A stretch of 64,000 bases of DNA from an uncultured Spirochaetota bacterium (GCA_963827275.1 CAWHAA010000008.1:128001-192000); one strand, 5' to 3'; positions 1 to 10,245 are shown, counted from the stretch's first letter. A program made the numbers and translations. The notes: generated by a model from the sequence alone, not told the origin.

Positions 1-2
1 AT

Positions 3-167
3 GACTGGAGTTATTATACGGCATGGAACGCGGTCATAAGGCATAAGAACATGAAACCTGAAACGCTTGAAGATGGATTAATGAAGGTCTATTCAGGTAT
101 TTATAATGACAGGACATATCTTAAAAGAGCAAAATATTTCAAAACAATATTAGAGAGTAATCTTTAA
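3..167 (+). CDS. 3' end of a probable B12-binding radical SAM protein (partial, runs off the window)
   Basis: Frame 3 is open from the window edge: DWSYYTAWNAVIRHKNMKPETLEDGLMKVYSGIY...ESNL*. It resembles the DWSxY...KNMxPEEL C-terminus of B12-radical SAM proteins. The stop is 2 nt before the next ATG. Confidence 0.5.
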   Translation, partial: DWSYYTAWNAVIRHKNMKPETLEDGLMKVYSGIYNDRTYLKRAKYFKTILESNL

Positions 168-169
168 CA

Positions 170-2740
170 ATGAATGCAGATCAAAGTTTATCCTTGTTTA
201 AAGAATTTAATGAGGAAATGAGAGTAATATGCAATGACATGGTGAAACGAGCCATGATTATCGGCATGATTTTATTTCCTATTTTTGGAATCTTGGATTA
301 CTTTGTTGTTAAAGAAAATCTATCAACTATTTTGCTGATAAGAGGGATTACGGTCGTTCTCTATTTGTTGATATATTTTTTATGCCATTTTGCATTTGGC
401 AAACGATATGCATTAAATCTTGGAATGGCCGCTTTTTTAATTACCGGGATATCAATAACCATTATGATTCATATGACCGGCGGTTATGAAAGTACATACT
501 ATGTTGGCTTGAATATAGTACTTTTCGCGATGTATATATTACTGCCGTTGGATATTAAGAGAGGCATTATTGCCGCAACTTTTTTGTATTTAATTTATAT
601 CGTCCCAATTATTGTTAAAGGTAATATTGCCAATGTTCCTATCCTGATAAATAATAATTTTTTCTTGCTCGCTATTACTGTAATATCATTGGCTTCTCTT
701 TATTATAATAATAAAATAAAGTACGATGAATTTTCGGCACGTCATAAGATTCAGAAGGCAAACGAAGACCTTGAAAAGCTCACCGACGAACTCGCCGAGA
801 CCAACCAGAAGCTCCTTACCCATGACCGGCTGAAGACGGAATTCTTCACCAACGTCAGCCACGAGCTTCGCACGCCGCTCACCCTTATCCTTGCTCCCCT
901 GAAGCCGCTGATCGAGGGGAATTCCGGTATCCTTCCCCCCGTGGTGAAGGAGACCCTGGTGGCCATGCAGAACAACGGCCACCGGCTCCTGAAGCAGATC
1001 AACAACCTCCTCGATTTTTCCAAGCTGGAAGCGGGGAAGCTGCGCCTTAATATCGAAAACATCGACCTCATAGGGTTCTGCAAGGACATCATCAGCGCCA
1101 TGCAGCACGCGGCCACCACCCGCGGCCTCAAGCTTTATTTCCAGTACCAGATGGGGGACCCGATCAAGGTGATGATTGATGCCGAGCAGTTTGAAAAAGT
1201 AATAATGAACCTTCTCCACAATGCCATAAAGTTCACGCCGCAGGGCGGGCGGATCACCCTCTTTCTCGACGAGCGCGATGATGACGTCGAGCTGGTTGTC
1301 CAGGACACGGGGGTGGGCATACCTGAAAACATGCTGGAAACGATCTTCGACCGCTTCGCCCAGGTCGACGGGTCATCGACGCGGAGCAACGAGGGGACGG
1401 GGCTGGGCCTTTCCCTCGCGAAAGAGATCGTGGAGCTGCACGGCGGCGAGATCCGGGCCGAAAGCGTGCAGGGGAAGGGCTCCCGCTTCATCGTGCGGGT
1501 TCAGAAGGGCGAACGCCATATCGGCGAAGATATCCGTGAACGGCGGAAATCGGAGCAGCCGGTGCAATACAAAAAGCGCGCGAGCGACGCCGAGGGCCTC
1601 AAGGTCAGCGACGTGGTGAGCAATTACCGCGACCTCCAGCTCATCGACCTGGAACAGAAGGCCGAGATTGCGACCAGGGAACTCCGGCAGGGGACGCATG
1701 AATACACCCTGCTGGTCATCGACGACAATCCCGACATACTGAAGCTGATGCATTTTCTCCTGAACGACGAGTTTGACCTGATTCTCGCCGGCTCCGGGAA
1801 GGAAGGGCTGAAAGCGTTGCGGGAAAAGAAGCCGGACCTGGTCATCTGCGACATGATGATGCCGGAGATGGACGGCAACAGCTTCTGCCGCGAGGTCAAG
1901 TCTGATCCTGACCACCGGCACATCCCGATCATAATGGTGACCGCGCGCGCCGGTTCGGAGATGCTGGTCGAGGGCATTAATTCCGGCGCCAATGATTACC
2001 TGGCCAAACCCTTCGATGTGGCGGAGCTCAAGGCCAGGGTGCGTTCCCTCCTCCGGACGCGGACGATGGAGGAGGCGCTCGCCCTTGCCAACCAGAACCT
2101 CAAGATCAGGACCGACGACCTGGTGGAGCGCCAGCGCCTGCTCCTTCATTCAACGGTGAAGTCGCTTGTCTCCACAATAGAGGCGAAGGACAATTACACC
2201 AAGGACCACTCCCTCAGGGTAAGCAAGTATTCCATCGCCATAGCGAAAAAAATGGGATATGCCGAGCACGAGCTCAATGACCTGGAGCTGGCGGCCCTCC
2301 TCCACGATGTCGGCAAGATAGCCGTGCCGGAGGACATCCTCCACTATAACGGCAAGCTGACCGAGGAGGAATTCGGCCATATAAAAAACCATCCCGCGAA
2401 CGGCGCGCAGATCATCAGGCCTATCACCGAGTTCAAGAGCGTCGCGTCGATCGTCATCGCTCACCATGAGCATTATAACGGCAAGGGGTACCCCTTCGCC
2501 CTGTACAAGGACGACATCCCCCTCGGCGCGCGCGTCATGGCGGTCGCCGACGCCTATGACGCCATGACGTCAGAGCGTCCCTACCGCGCCGCGCTCTCCC
2601 ACAATTACACCGTCAAGGAGATCGTCCGCTGCTCCGGCACCCAGTTCGATCCCGGGATCGTCGATGTGTTCCTGACTATCCAGGACAAGCTCGGCGAGAT
2701 ACGGAGCAATGACATACAGGGACATGACATGACCAATTGA
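170..2740 (+). CDS. Membrane hybrid sensor: TM sensor + HisKA/HATPase + REC + HD-GYP phosphodiesterase
   Basis: About 5-6 N-terminal TM segments; H-box SHELRTPL; NAIKFT, DTGVG and GTGLGL boxes; REC (IDD...CDMMMP...KPF); LLHDVGK and HHEHYNGKGYP motifs. Confidence 0.9.
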   Translation: MNADQSLSLFKEFNEEMRVICNDMVKRAMIIGMILFPIFGILDYFVVKENLSTILLIRGITVVLYLLIYFLCHFAFGKRYALNLGMAAFLITGISITIMIHMTGGYESTYYVGLNIVLFAMYILLPLDIKRGIIAATFLYLIYIVPIIVKGNIANVPILINNNFFLLAITVISLASLYYNNKIKYDEFSARHKIQKANEDLEKLTDELAETNQKLLTHDRLKTEFFTNVSHELRTPLTLILAPLKPLIEGNSGILPPVVKETLVAMQNNGHRLLKQINNLLDFSKLEAGKLRLNIENIDLIGFCKDIISAMQHAATTRGLKLYFQYQMGDPIKVMIDAEQFEKVIMNLLHNAIKFTPQGGRITLFLDERDDDVELVVQDTGVGIPENMLETIFDRFAQVDGSSTRSNEGTGLGLSLAKEIVELHGGEIRAESVQGKGSRFIVRVQKGERHIGEDIRERRKSEQPVQYKKRASDAEGLKVSDVVSNYRDLQLIDLEQKAEIATRELRQGTHEYTLLVIDDNPDILKLMHFLLNDEFDLILAGSGKEGLKALREKKPDLVICDMMMPEMDGNSFCREVKSDPDHRHIPIIMVTARAGSEMLVEGINSGANDYLAKPFDVAELKARVRSLLRTRTMEEALALANQNLKIRTDDLVERQRLLLHSTVKSLVSTIEAKDNYTKDHSLRVSKYSIAIAKKMGYAEHELNDLELAALLHDVGKIAVPEDILHYNGKLTEEEFGHIKNHPANGAQIIRPITEFKSVASIVIAHHEHYNGKGYPFALYKDDIPLGARVMAVADAYDAMTSERPYRAALSHNYTVKEIVRCSGTQFDPGIVDVFLTIQDKLGEIRSNDIQGHDMTN

Positions 2741-2797
2741 GCCGCGCCCGATAATTTTTAATTGATTTATTCCTTGCGCGGGCCATACTGTCCGGTT

Positions 2798-4111
2798 ATG
2801 AATGATACCCTCTCACCGCAGAAGGTCTATACGGTATCCGACCTGACCCGCACCATAAAACGGACCCTTGAAGGGAAGCCGGAGCTGAGCGCACTCTGGG
2901 TCAAGGGCGAAATTTTCAACCTCACCATGCATTCATCCGGACATATCTATTTCAGCCTGAGGGACGATGACGCCGTCATCTCCGCCGTGTTTTTCAGGTA
3001 CGCCAACAAAAATCTTGATTTCAAGCTGAAAGAGGGGATGAACGTACTGGCCCTCGGCAGCATCACTGTCTATGAGCGACGCGGGAGCTACCAGATCAAC
3101 GTGAGCATGCTCAGGCCGGAAGGGGTCGGTGATCTGCAGAAGCGCATCGAGCTGCTGAAGCAGAAGCTCCTGAAAGAGGGCGTCTTCGACCCGGCGCGCA
3201 GGCGGCCCCTCCCGTTTTTCCCGCGGCGGCTCGGGATCGCGACTTCGCCGACCGGCGCCGCGGTGCGGGACATCATCAAGGTGGCGCTCCGGCGCTATCC
3301 CAATATCGAGATCGTGATCGCGCCGGCGATCGTTCAGGGGCTTGACGCGCCCGTCTCAATCGTGCGCGCCATCGAGGAGCTGAACCGGCCCGAATACGGG
3401 ATCGATTGCATCATAGCGGGAAGGGGCGGCGGCTCCTTCGAGGACCTGATGCCGTTCAACGAGGAGATCGTTGTGCGCGCCTTTTACAATTCGCGGGTAC
3501 CGATCATCTCCGCGGTGGGGCACCAGGTTGACCACCCGCTCTGCGATGACGCGGCGGACCTTGCCGCGCCGACGCCTTCCGCCGCGGCGGAGCTCGCCGT
3601 GCCCCTGAAAAAGGACCTCGAGGGTGAAATCGAGTACCTTCATATACGGGCGACCAATGGCATGGCGTCCCTGCTGCGGGAAATAACCATGAGAATCGAC
3701 GCGGTGCGGGCGCGGCGCGTCTTCAGCGATCCTTTTGAAATCGTAAACATGAGAGAGCAGATGCTCGCAGACATGAACCACCAGATGCTGTCGTCCCTGA
3801 AAGAGCTGGTCGCGCGCAATACGAACAGGCTCCTGAGCATCCCCGATATCCGCATGATCATCAGGAATGCACTGGCACATAAAAAGAATTCCTATCTCAT
3901 GGCGCTCAAGGCGCTGGAACAGCTTTCCCCCCTGGGCGTGCTCAGACGGGGATACGCGATCGCCATGGGCGCGGACGAGGCAATTATCAGATCGGTCGCC
4001 GATACCGGAACGGGGGACCTCATCAGGGTCCTTCTTCCGGACGGCTCCCTCGCGTGCAGCGTGAATTCAATCCACCCCGGAGGAGATCATGGAAAAGAAA
4101 AAAACGGCTAA
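2798..4111 (+). CDS. xseA: Exodeoxyribonuclease VII large subunit
   Basis: WVKGEI, SGHIYFSL, TSPTGAAVRDI, RGGGSFEDL, SAVGH and PTPSAAAE motifs. ATG 2798 preferred over TTG 2762. Confidence 0.95.
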   Translation: MNDTLSPQKVYTVSDLTRTIKRTLEGKPELSALWVKGEIFNLTMHSSGHIYFSLRDDDAVISAVFFRYANKNLDFKLKEGMNVLALGSITVYERRGSYQINVSMLRPEGVGDLQKRIELLKQKLLKEGVFDPARRRPLPFFPRRLGIATSPTGAAVRDIIKVALRRYPNIEIVIAPAIVQGLDAPVSIVRAIEELNRPEYGIDCIIAGRGGGSFEDLMPFNEEIVVRAFYNSRVPIISAVGHQVDHPLCDDAADLAAPTPSAAAELAVPLKKDLEGEIEYLHIRATNGMASLLREITMRIDAVRARRVFSDPFEIVNMREQMLADMNHQMLSSLKELVARNTNRLLSIPDIRMIIRNALAHKKNSYLMALKALEQLSPLGVLRRGYAIAMGADEAIIRSVADTGTGDLIRVLLPDGSLACSVNSIHPGGDHGKEKNG

Positions 4112-4403
4112 GGGAGTTGCAGATAAAGCTGAGAAGCTTGATTTTGAGAAGGCGCTGAAAGAGCTTGAGGAAATCGCATCGGCGCTGGAAGAGGGTGACC
4201 TGGGCCTCGATGAGTCGATCCGCCTGTTCGAGAAAGGCACGCACCTTGCGAAATTCTGCCGTGAAAAGCTCGATGAGGCGGAGAAAAAGATAGAAATATT
4301 GCAGAAAGGGGAGGGCGCCAGGGTCTCGGCGAAAAAGGTTGAGGTGGACGGCGAATCGGGCGAGATCGCAAACGAGGACGACCTCCAGGGGTCGCTGCTG
4401 TAA
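4089..4403 (+). CDS. xseB: Exodeoxyribonuclease VII small subunit
   Basis: FEKALKELEEI...LEEGDLGLDESIRLFEKG...C...L..AE; overlaps the xseA end. Confidence 0.95.
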   Translation: MEKKKTAKGVADKAEKLDFEKALKELEEIASALEEGDLGLDESIRLFEKGTHLAKFCREKLDEAEKKIEILQKGEGARVSAKKVEVDGESGEIANEDDLQGSLL

Positions 4404-4567
4404 TTAATATACAGTTTTTCAGTGATTGTCGAAAAAACCGGGGAAAGAATGTTGTGTATTTAAGAATTTTAATATATTATTAATAAATTTATTGACATGA
4501 ATATTTACTTATAAAAAAAATTGTAGTATATTAAAAAACAAACGGTATTCCGTCAGCGAGGCATATC

Positions 4568-5107
4568 ATGGATATACAACAAACGTTAGATTCACTGAAA
4601 GGTGAAATGTCACAGATGCGCGATGAGCGCAAGAACAAGCTTTCGATGGTCGTATTCAGCGGTGATCTTGACAAGCTCTTGGCCGCGTTCATCATTGCGA
4701 CCGGTGCGGCCGCAATGGGGCTTGAAGTCGTGCAATTTTTCACCTTCTGGGCCACCCCGGCCCTCAGGGACCCCAAAAAGAAAGGGAAAGGAAAAGACCT
4801 GTTTGGAAAGATGTTCGGCTTCATGCTTCCCCGCGGCGCCGGCAAGGTCAAGCTCTCAAAGATGAATATGGGCGGAATGGGAACGGTGATGATGCAGTAC
4901 CTCATGAAAAGGAAAAAAGTGGCGTCATTGCCGGAGATGATCAACCTCGCCGCGGAAATGGGGGTTAAGCAATACATCTGCGATATGTCCATGGACCTGA
5001 TGGGCTTCAAGCAGGAAGAGATGATCGATTACCCAGGCAGGGAGTTCGTCGGTGTCGCCAAGTTCCTCGAAGAGGCCGGTGACAGCAAGATACAGCTTTT
5101 TATCTGA
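4568..5107 (+). CDS. DsrE/DsrF/DrsH-like (DsrE2-type) sulfurtransferase
   Basis: FSGDLDK, GAAAMG, FFTFW, LSKMNMGGMG and the conserved-Cys motif ICDMSMDLMG. Confidence 0.85.
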   Translation: MDIQQTLDSLKGEMSQMRDERKNKLSMVVFSGDLDKLLAAFIIATGAAAMGLEVVQFFTFWATPALRDPKKKGKGKDLFGKMFGFMLPRGAGKVKLSKMNMGGMGTVMMQYLMKRKKVASLPEMINLAAEMGVKQYICDMSMDLMGFKQEEMIDYPGREFVGVAKFLEEAGDSKIQLFI

Positions 5108-5208
5108 CAAAACGCACGGTTCTCCGGAGGACCGGTACCGTATTGTCATTTGTATAAAAAAATAGTTGCAAACTTGAGGCAAATAATTAATAATAAAAGG
5201 AGAAACAA

Positions 5209-5451
5209 ATGAGCGACGCAATCAAACCTGATGTTACCATGGATCTCAAGGGACTGGCCTGTCCCATGCCGGTGGTCAAGGTGAGCCAGCAGATTAAAAA
5301 AATGCAGATCGGGCAGGTACTGGCGGCCGAAACAACCGATCCCGGCGCGCACGCCGATTTCCCCGCGTGGGCGAAAAGCACCGGTAACGAAATCATCAAC
5401 ACTGAAAAGAAAGATAACGTATCCACCTTCTATATTAAAAAAATTAAATAG
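5209..5451 (+). CDS. tusA: TusA/SirA-family sulfur carrier
   Basis: DLKGLACPMP motif and TDPG...DFPAWA; RBS AAGGAG upstream. Confidence 0.9.
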   Translation: MSDAIKPDVTMDLKGLACPMPVVKVSQQIKKMQIGQVLAAETTDPGAHADFPAWAKSTGNEIINTEKKDNVSTFYIKKIK

Positions 5452-5521
5452 CCTGGTCTTGCACCGGGGTGCGGCCACTCCGCGCCCCGGAACATAAATC
5501 ACTACAAATGAGGAATACGAC

Positions 5522-6244
5522 ATGTGGAGCAACGTATTTTATTTTGTCATGGTGCCCATGGTGTATATCGCCTGCGCGGTTTTAGCCGGCGGACTTCTCT
5601 TTAAACTGGCGGTTATACTGTTCTCGAAAAAATTCAAGGGGTCGCTGGCGGCTTATCCGAAACGGCTGCCCCGGCCTGTCGGCGTCGCCGTCGAGGCCTT
5701 CGCGGTCCCGTCCGCCTGGAGGAAGGACAAGGTATTCTGGCTTTTTATCATCGCGTTCCATGTTTCGTTCTTTCTCCTGTTCATCGGCCACCTCGAGCTG
5801 ATCAGGGAGTTCAAGTTCCTCCAGATCATTCCGCACCAGGTGTTCCTCGGAGCGGGCGCGGTGGGGATCATCCTCATGGTGACGGTCCTCTATTTCCTCT
5901 TCAGGCGCTTCCGTTCGCCCTGGCGGGAGATTTCGGTGCCGGAAGACTTCCTTATCCTGATACTCCTTTTCCTGACCATGTTTCTGGGGAGCCACCTGCA
6001 CCTGTCGGCCCGGTTCTATGCGGGTGGCGGCGCCTTTGACATACCGGTGGAGGCGTACCGCGAGTATCTCTCGAGCCTTGTCGCCCTCACCCCGGCAGTG
6101 CCTTCCGGGATCGCCGACTCTCCGCACTACGTCCTGGTGGTGCTCCATATATTTCTCGCAAACCTTGTGCTTATACTGCTGCCGTTCTCGAAGGTGGTGC
6201 ACATGGTGTTCGCATTTCTTGCGCTGAATCTGAAGAGGAAATAG
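5522..6244 (+). CDS. NarI/DsrM-like b-type cytochrome membrane subunit
   Basis: About 5 TM helices; heme-ligand His in FH...GH and LH...PFSKVVH. Confidence 0.85.
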   Translation: MWSNVFYFVMVPMVYIACAVLAGGLLFKLAVILFSKKFKGSLAAYPKRLPRPVGVAVEAFAVPSAWRKDKVFWLFIIAFHVSFFLLFIGHLELIREFKFLQIIPHQVFLGAGAVGIILMVTVLYFLFRRFRSPWREISVPEDFLILILLFLTMFLGSHLHLSARFYAGGGAFDIPVEAYREYLSSLVALTPAVPSGIADSPHYVLVVLHIFLANLVLILLPFSKVVHMVFAFLALNLKRK

Positions 6245-6246
6245 CC

Positions 6247-7494
6247 ATGGAAAAAGAAAAAATTACCGAACTTAAAAAGATCCTCAAGTCACGCCTGAAC
6301 AGGCCCCTGCGCTATTACATGGACACCTGCACGCGCTGCGGACTCTGCTACGACACCTGCCATGTGTACAACGGCATCCCGAAAAAGGAATATTCGCCGG
6401 TCGGCCGCGCCGAGACGGTGCGCAGGCTCTATAAAAAATACACGCGCCCGTCAGGGTTCCTCTTCCCCTACTGGGGCGACGCGGTGAAATTCGACGACAC
6501 GGTGATGGAACAGGTGCGCGAGGCCGCCTGGTCGTGCACCGGGTGCCGGCGCTGCATGGTCAACTGCCCCTTCGGCATCGATACGGGCCAGATCATGGGT
6601 GTTGCCAAGCACCTCCTTGTCCAGAACGGCACGGCGCCGGAGGAGCTGGTAATGCTCGCGGACGCTGCGGTGGAGAAGGGAAAGAGCATCGAGCAGTTCA
6701 AGGACGGGTACCGCCAGGTGATCCATGACCTCGAAAAGGAGGTTCAGGCCAGGCTCGGGCTTTCCTCGCCTGACGGGCTCATCCCGATGGAAAAGAAGGA
6801 CGCAAACATCCTGTACGTGGGGCTCGCGGGCGCGCATTCGATTGTCAATCCCGCGGTCATCTTCAACGCAGCGAAGGAAAACTGGAGCCTGAGCTTTTTC
6901 GAGGCGGTCAATTTCGGATTTTTCGCCGGCGACCCTGAAAAGGCGAATTTTATCGCACAGCGGATCATCAAGGAGGCTGTTTCGCTGAACGTGAAGGAAG
7001 TGGTCATCGTGGAATGCGGCACCGCGTTCAGGATACTGCGCGCGCTTATGGGGAAGCTCCCCTTTAAAGTGTCCAGCATCGTCGAGGTGATCCACCGCTA
7101 TATCGCGGAGGGCAGGATACGGCTGAAAGAAAAAGCGGTCGCCGCGCCGGTCACCTACCACGACCCCTGCCAGCTGGGCAGGAACGGCGGTGTATATGAC
7201 GAGCCGCGGGAGATCATACGGAAGATCGCAGGCGATTACCGGGAGATGTCCCCGACCAGGGAGCAGAACTGGTGCTGCGGGGGCGGCGGCGGGCTGGTGG
7301 CGCTTGACAACGAGGAGTTCAGGATAAAGAGCGGCAAGCCGAAGAAGGAGCAGATCGTCGCCACCGGCGCGAAGGTCGTGGTCACCGCGTGCGAGAACTG
7401 CGTTTCGCAGCTGAATACCATCAAGAGCGGGTACGGGCTGGACGTCGAGGTCAAGTACCTGACCGAGCTGGTATGCGAAAACCTGGTCCTGTAG
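6247..7494 (+). CDS. HdrD/DsrK-like Fe-S oxidoreductase (two 4Fe-4S motifs + CCG domain)
   Basis: CTRCGLCYDTC and CTGCRRCMVNCP ferredoxin motifs; HDPC...CCGGGGG...ACENC CCG motif. Confidence 0.88.
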   Translation: MEKEKITELKKILKSRLNRPLRYYMDTCTRCGLCYDTCHVYNGIPKKEYSPVGRAETVRRLYKKYTRPSGFLFPYWGDAVKFDDTVMEQVREAAWSCTGCRRCMVNCPFGIDTGQIMGVAKHLLVQNGTAPEELVMLADAAVEKGKSIEQFKDGYRQVIHDLEKEVQARLGLSSPDGLIPMEKKDANILYVGLAGAHSIVNPAVIFNAAKENWSLSFFEAVNFGFFAGDPEKANFIAQRIIKEAVSLNVKEVVIVECGTAFRILRALMGKLPFKVSSIVEVIHRYIAEGRIRLKEKAVAAPVTYHDPCQLGRNGGVYDEPREIIRKIAGDYREMSPTREQNWCCGGGGGLVALDNEEFRIKSGKPKKEQIVATGAKVVVTACENCVSQLNTIKSGYGLDVEVKYLTELVCENLVL

Positions 7495-7687
7495 CAGATC
7501 GGGAGGAATCAGGCGGCGTGCCCGCATCCGCCCGGTCAAAATGATCAGGTGTTGACAGAAAAAAGCAAAAAAACTACTTGCAATATGTGTTCATGCATTA
7601 TAGCGTACGTTATTCGCAACATGTACCGGCGCAACAAGACGTGAGAGGGATATCCACGTCAAAAAAATTACTCGAGGAGGATTTGTT

Positions 7688-7975
7688 ATGGAAACCTGGT
7701 TGCCAATTATTATCCAGTTGATCAGTGGAGCGGTGGGCGGGAATGCCGCAGGCGCAGCGTTGAAGAACCAGTCTCTCGGCACTATCGGTAATTCGATAGC
7801 GGGTATTGTCGGCGGCGGCCTTGGCGGTCAGCTGCTGAGCCTTATCATCCCGGCGCTGTCCGGCGGTGCGAGCATGGACCCCGGGGCCATAGTCGGCAAC
7901 GTGGCAGGCGGCGGCGTCGGCGGCGCGGTGGTCATGATCGTTGTCGGCCTTATCAAAAAGGCGCTCGGTAAATAA
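7688..7975 (+). CDS. Small Gly-rich membrane protein
   Basis: Strong GAGGAGG RBS; repeated GAVGGN/GIVGG glycine-zipper hydrophobic segments. Confidence 0.75.
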   Translation: METWLPIIIQLISGAVGGNAAGAALKNQSLGTIGNSIAGIVGGGLGGQLLSLIIPALSGGASMDPGAIVGNVAGGGVGGAVVMIVVGLIKKALGK

Positions 7976-8003
7976 GCAGGGCGCAGTTATCAATGTCTGA
8001 TGA

Positions 8004-8038
8004 CCTGAAGCAGCTGCCTTTTTCAGGGCTGCTTCAGG
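8004..8038. terminator. Hairpin between convergent genes (probable bidirectional terminator)
   Basis: CCTGAAGCAGC (8004-8014) / GCTGCTTCAGG (8028-8038), a perfect 11-bp stem. Confidence 0.6.
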
Positions 8039-8066
8039 CATTTGATTCTCCCGGCAGTAAGATCCC

Positions 8067-9611
8067 CTAAATATCCGATACCTGCTTTTTCAGGTTTTCC
8101 GCTATCTGCGCCAGCTTGACCGATGTATCGGAAATCGCTTCTCCCATTTCGGTGTTCGACTGTATGAGTATGCTCGTATTGGCGATGGAACCGGCGATGC
8201 TTTCGATCACGCGGTCCTGGGTGGCCGTGTCCTCGCGCATGGCCTTCGTCCGGCGCTGCAAATCGTCAATATTGACCTGGAGGTCCTTCCTGATTCCCTC
8301 CTGGCGGTTGATGGTGGAAAAGATGTCCTGAGACTTGAGCTCCAGGCGGTTGATCGTTTCGACGATCTTACGGATCAGGTCGATGATGGTCGTAATGCTC
8401 TGGCCCCCCTCGCCGGCGCTTTTCACGTTGGAGCTGATGAGCCGGTTGATCTCCTTCAGGCTGTCCATCGATTTTTCAGAGAGCTTCCCCACCTCGTCGG
8501 CGACCACCGCGAAGCCGCGTCCCTGCTCGCCGGCCCGGGCCGCCTCGATGGCCGCGTTGAGCGCGAGGAGGTGGATCTTGTCGAACAGGTCCTCGAGGAT
8601 CGCCATGACCGATGACAGCTCTGACGAGCTTGCCACCAGCGCTTTCGAGTTGCGCTCGATCAGGGAGATGGCGTCCTCGCCTCTCTGGGTAAGCCCCAGG
8701 ACGGAGCGGAATTCGTCCGCGACCTCGCCGGAGCCGCGCTTCAGCGACTCTATCTCCATGGCCAGGTTCCGGATTGTTTCGATGAGTGAATTCAGCGCGT
8801 CGGACTGCTCCTGCATCGTCTTCCCGACGGCCGCGGCGCTGCTGGATGCGTCCATCGAGGAGCGGTGGATCGTTTCGTTGGAATCGGCCTGCTCCTGGAG
8901 GTTGGTGAGGAACCCGCGGGCGGTGCCGGAGAGGCCTTCCGCCATCGACGACATCTCTGTCGTGTTTTCACGTATGGCGCTGTGGAGCCCGATCAGCTTC
9001 CGGTAGTGATCCTCGTTCTTCAGTTTTTCCTTCTCGATTGAATTGATTGCGTTCTGCAGCACAGAGATAGAGACGAGGGCGATGATGTAGGCAAGGGTCA
9101 GCGCCGCGAGGCTGTCGATCAGGCCCACCTTGATGATGGAAGCAAGCATCGGGTTCTCCTGCCCGCGGTGGAGAAAAAAATAGAGAAGGTCAACCCCGAC
9201 AAACGAGGCCATGATGACTGACGTGATGTATTTATTGGTGAATACGGCGCCAAAGAGGATCACGACAAACATGAAGTAGATCATGGTGACGTACGCGGTC
9301 TCAGGCGGCTTCCTGAAAAAGCCGTAGGAAACGACTAAGGAGCAGAATATAACGAAGACATTTGAAGCGGCGGTGAGTTTCCCCCGCTTCAGCAGGATTA
9401 TCGCTATGATGCAAACGGCTGAAGCTGAAACCGCAGATACGGCGAATTCCCTGAAACGCTCAATGCTCACGGTGAGGGAGAAAAGCATGCCGAGGTTCAA
9501 AACGACTATGACAGTGAGGGCAAACAGGAGGACAAGGAAGGCCTTTCTTCTCGTCAGGTAGTCTTCATTTTTGTATTTGCCAAGGAAAAAATCTCTGAAT
9601 CGTGACAGCAT
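8067..9611 (-). CDS. Methyl-accepting chemotaxis protein
   Basis: LLALNAAIEAARAGEQGRGFAVVADEV signalling hairpin; multi-TM N-terminus. Confidence 0.92.
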   Translation of the reverse strand: MLSRFRDFFLGKYKNEDYLTRRKAFLVLLFALTVIVVLNLGMLFSLTVSIERFREFAVSAVSASAVCIIAIILLKRGKLTAASNVFVIFCSLVVSYGFFRKPPETAYVTMIYFMFVVILFGAVFTNKYITSVIMASFVGVDLLYFFLHRGQENPMLASIIKVGLIDSLAALTLAYIIALVSISVLQNAINSIEKEKLKNEDHYRKLIGLHSAIRENTTEMSSMAEGLSGTARGFLTNLQEQADSNETIHRSSMDASSSAAAVGKTMQEQSDALNSLIETIRNLAMEIESLKRGSGEVADEFRSVLGLTQRGEDAISLIERNSKALVASSSELSSVMAILEDLFDKIHLLALNAAIEAARAGEQGRGFAVVADEVGKLSEKSMDSLKEINRLISSNVKSAGEGGQSITTIIDLIRKIVETINRLELKSQDIFSTINRQEGIRKDLQVNIDDLQRRTKAMREDTATQDRVIESIAGSIANTSILIQSNTEMGEAISDTSVKLAQIAENLKKQVSDI

Positions 9612-9862
9612 AACTATGCCCCCCTTGCATGTGCACTACGCAGGGCGCTCTGTTCTGTCTGCCCTGGGTAGTGGATATAGGATCAGGAAAGAAAAGGGGA
9701 AATTCAAGTATTTTTTATCTTACGAAAACGGATTAATAGCCGGCCCGGGCGGCCATACTGAAATTTTTGATTGTAATGATTTATGTCCCGTGAAATAGTG
9801 GGCGACGGGACATTGCCGGTAAAACTGACGGATTTTATATTTTGCATACCTGGCGGTAGTAT

Positions 9863-10237
9863 ATGAAAAAACTGTTCTTTTTCGTTATGGTTCTCACTCT
9901 CATGACGGGATGCTCGAAATCAAAGGCGGTGCAATTCTGCGAGGGCGTTTCGCCGGAGGGCGAAGGGGTGAACTGCGGCACCAGGTTTGAGGAAGGCGAA
10001 CTGACCGCCGTCATCCGCGCGGAGGCGCCGTTCGGCGTGAAAACCATCTCGCTTCATGTCTTCGAGGTGAATCAGAACAAGGCAGAGAAGACCGCCACGC
10101 TTACGGTCGATGTGAGGCCGGACAGAAACACCGCCTCGGCAACCCTTTCACTCTACACCGAAGGGAAATACCGCGTCAAGGCGATGAGCGGGAACAACGT
10201 CATCGGTGACGGTGAGATATCAATAGTGGAGCGCTGA
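9863..10237 (+). CDS. Hypothetical lipoprotein
   Basis: MKK + hydrophobic stretch + LMTGC lipobox. Confidence 0.7.
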   Translation: MKKLFFFVMVLTLMTGCSKSKAVQFCEGVSPEGEGVNCGTRFEEGELTAVIRAEAPFGVKTISLHVFEVNQNKAEKTATLTVDVRPDRNTASATLSLYTEGKYRVKAMSGNNVIGDGEISIVER

Positions 10238-10245
10238 GGCTGTGG

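Noticed and set aside
8004..8038. Extra copy of the array hairpin (CTTTTTC in loop)
   Set aside because: Stem and flanks differ; the position between convergent genes fits a terminator.
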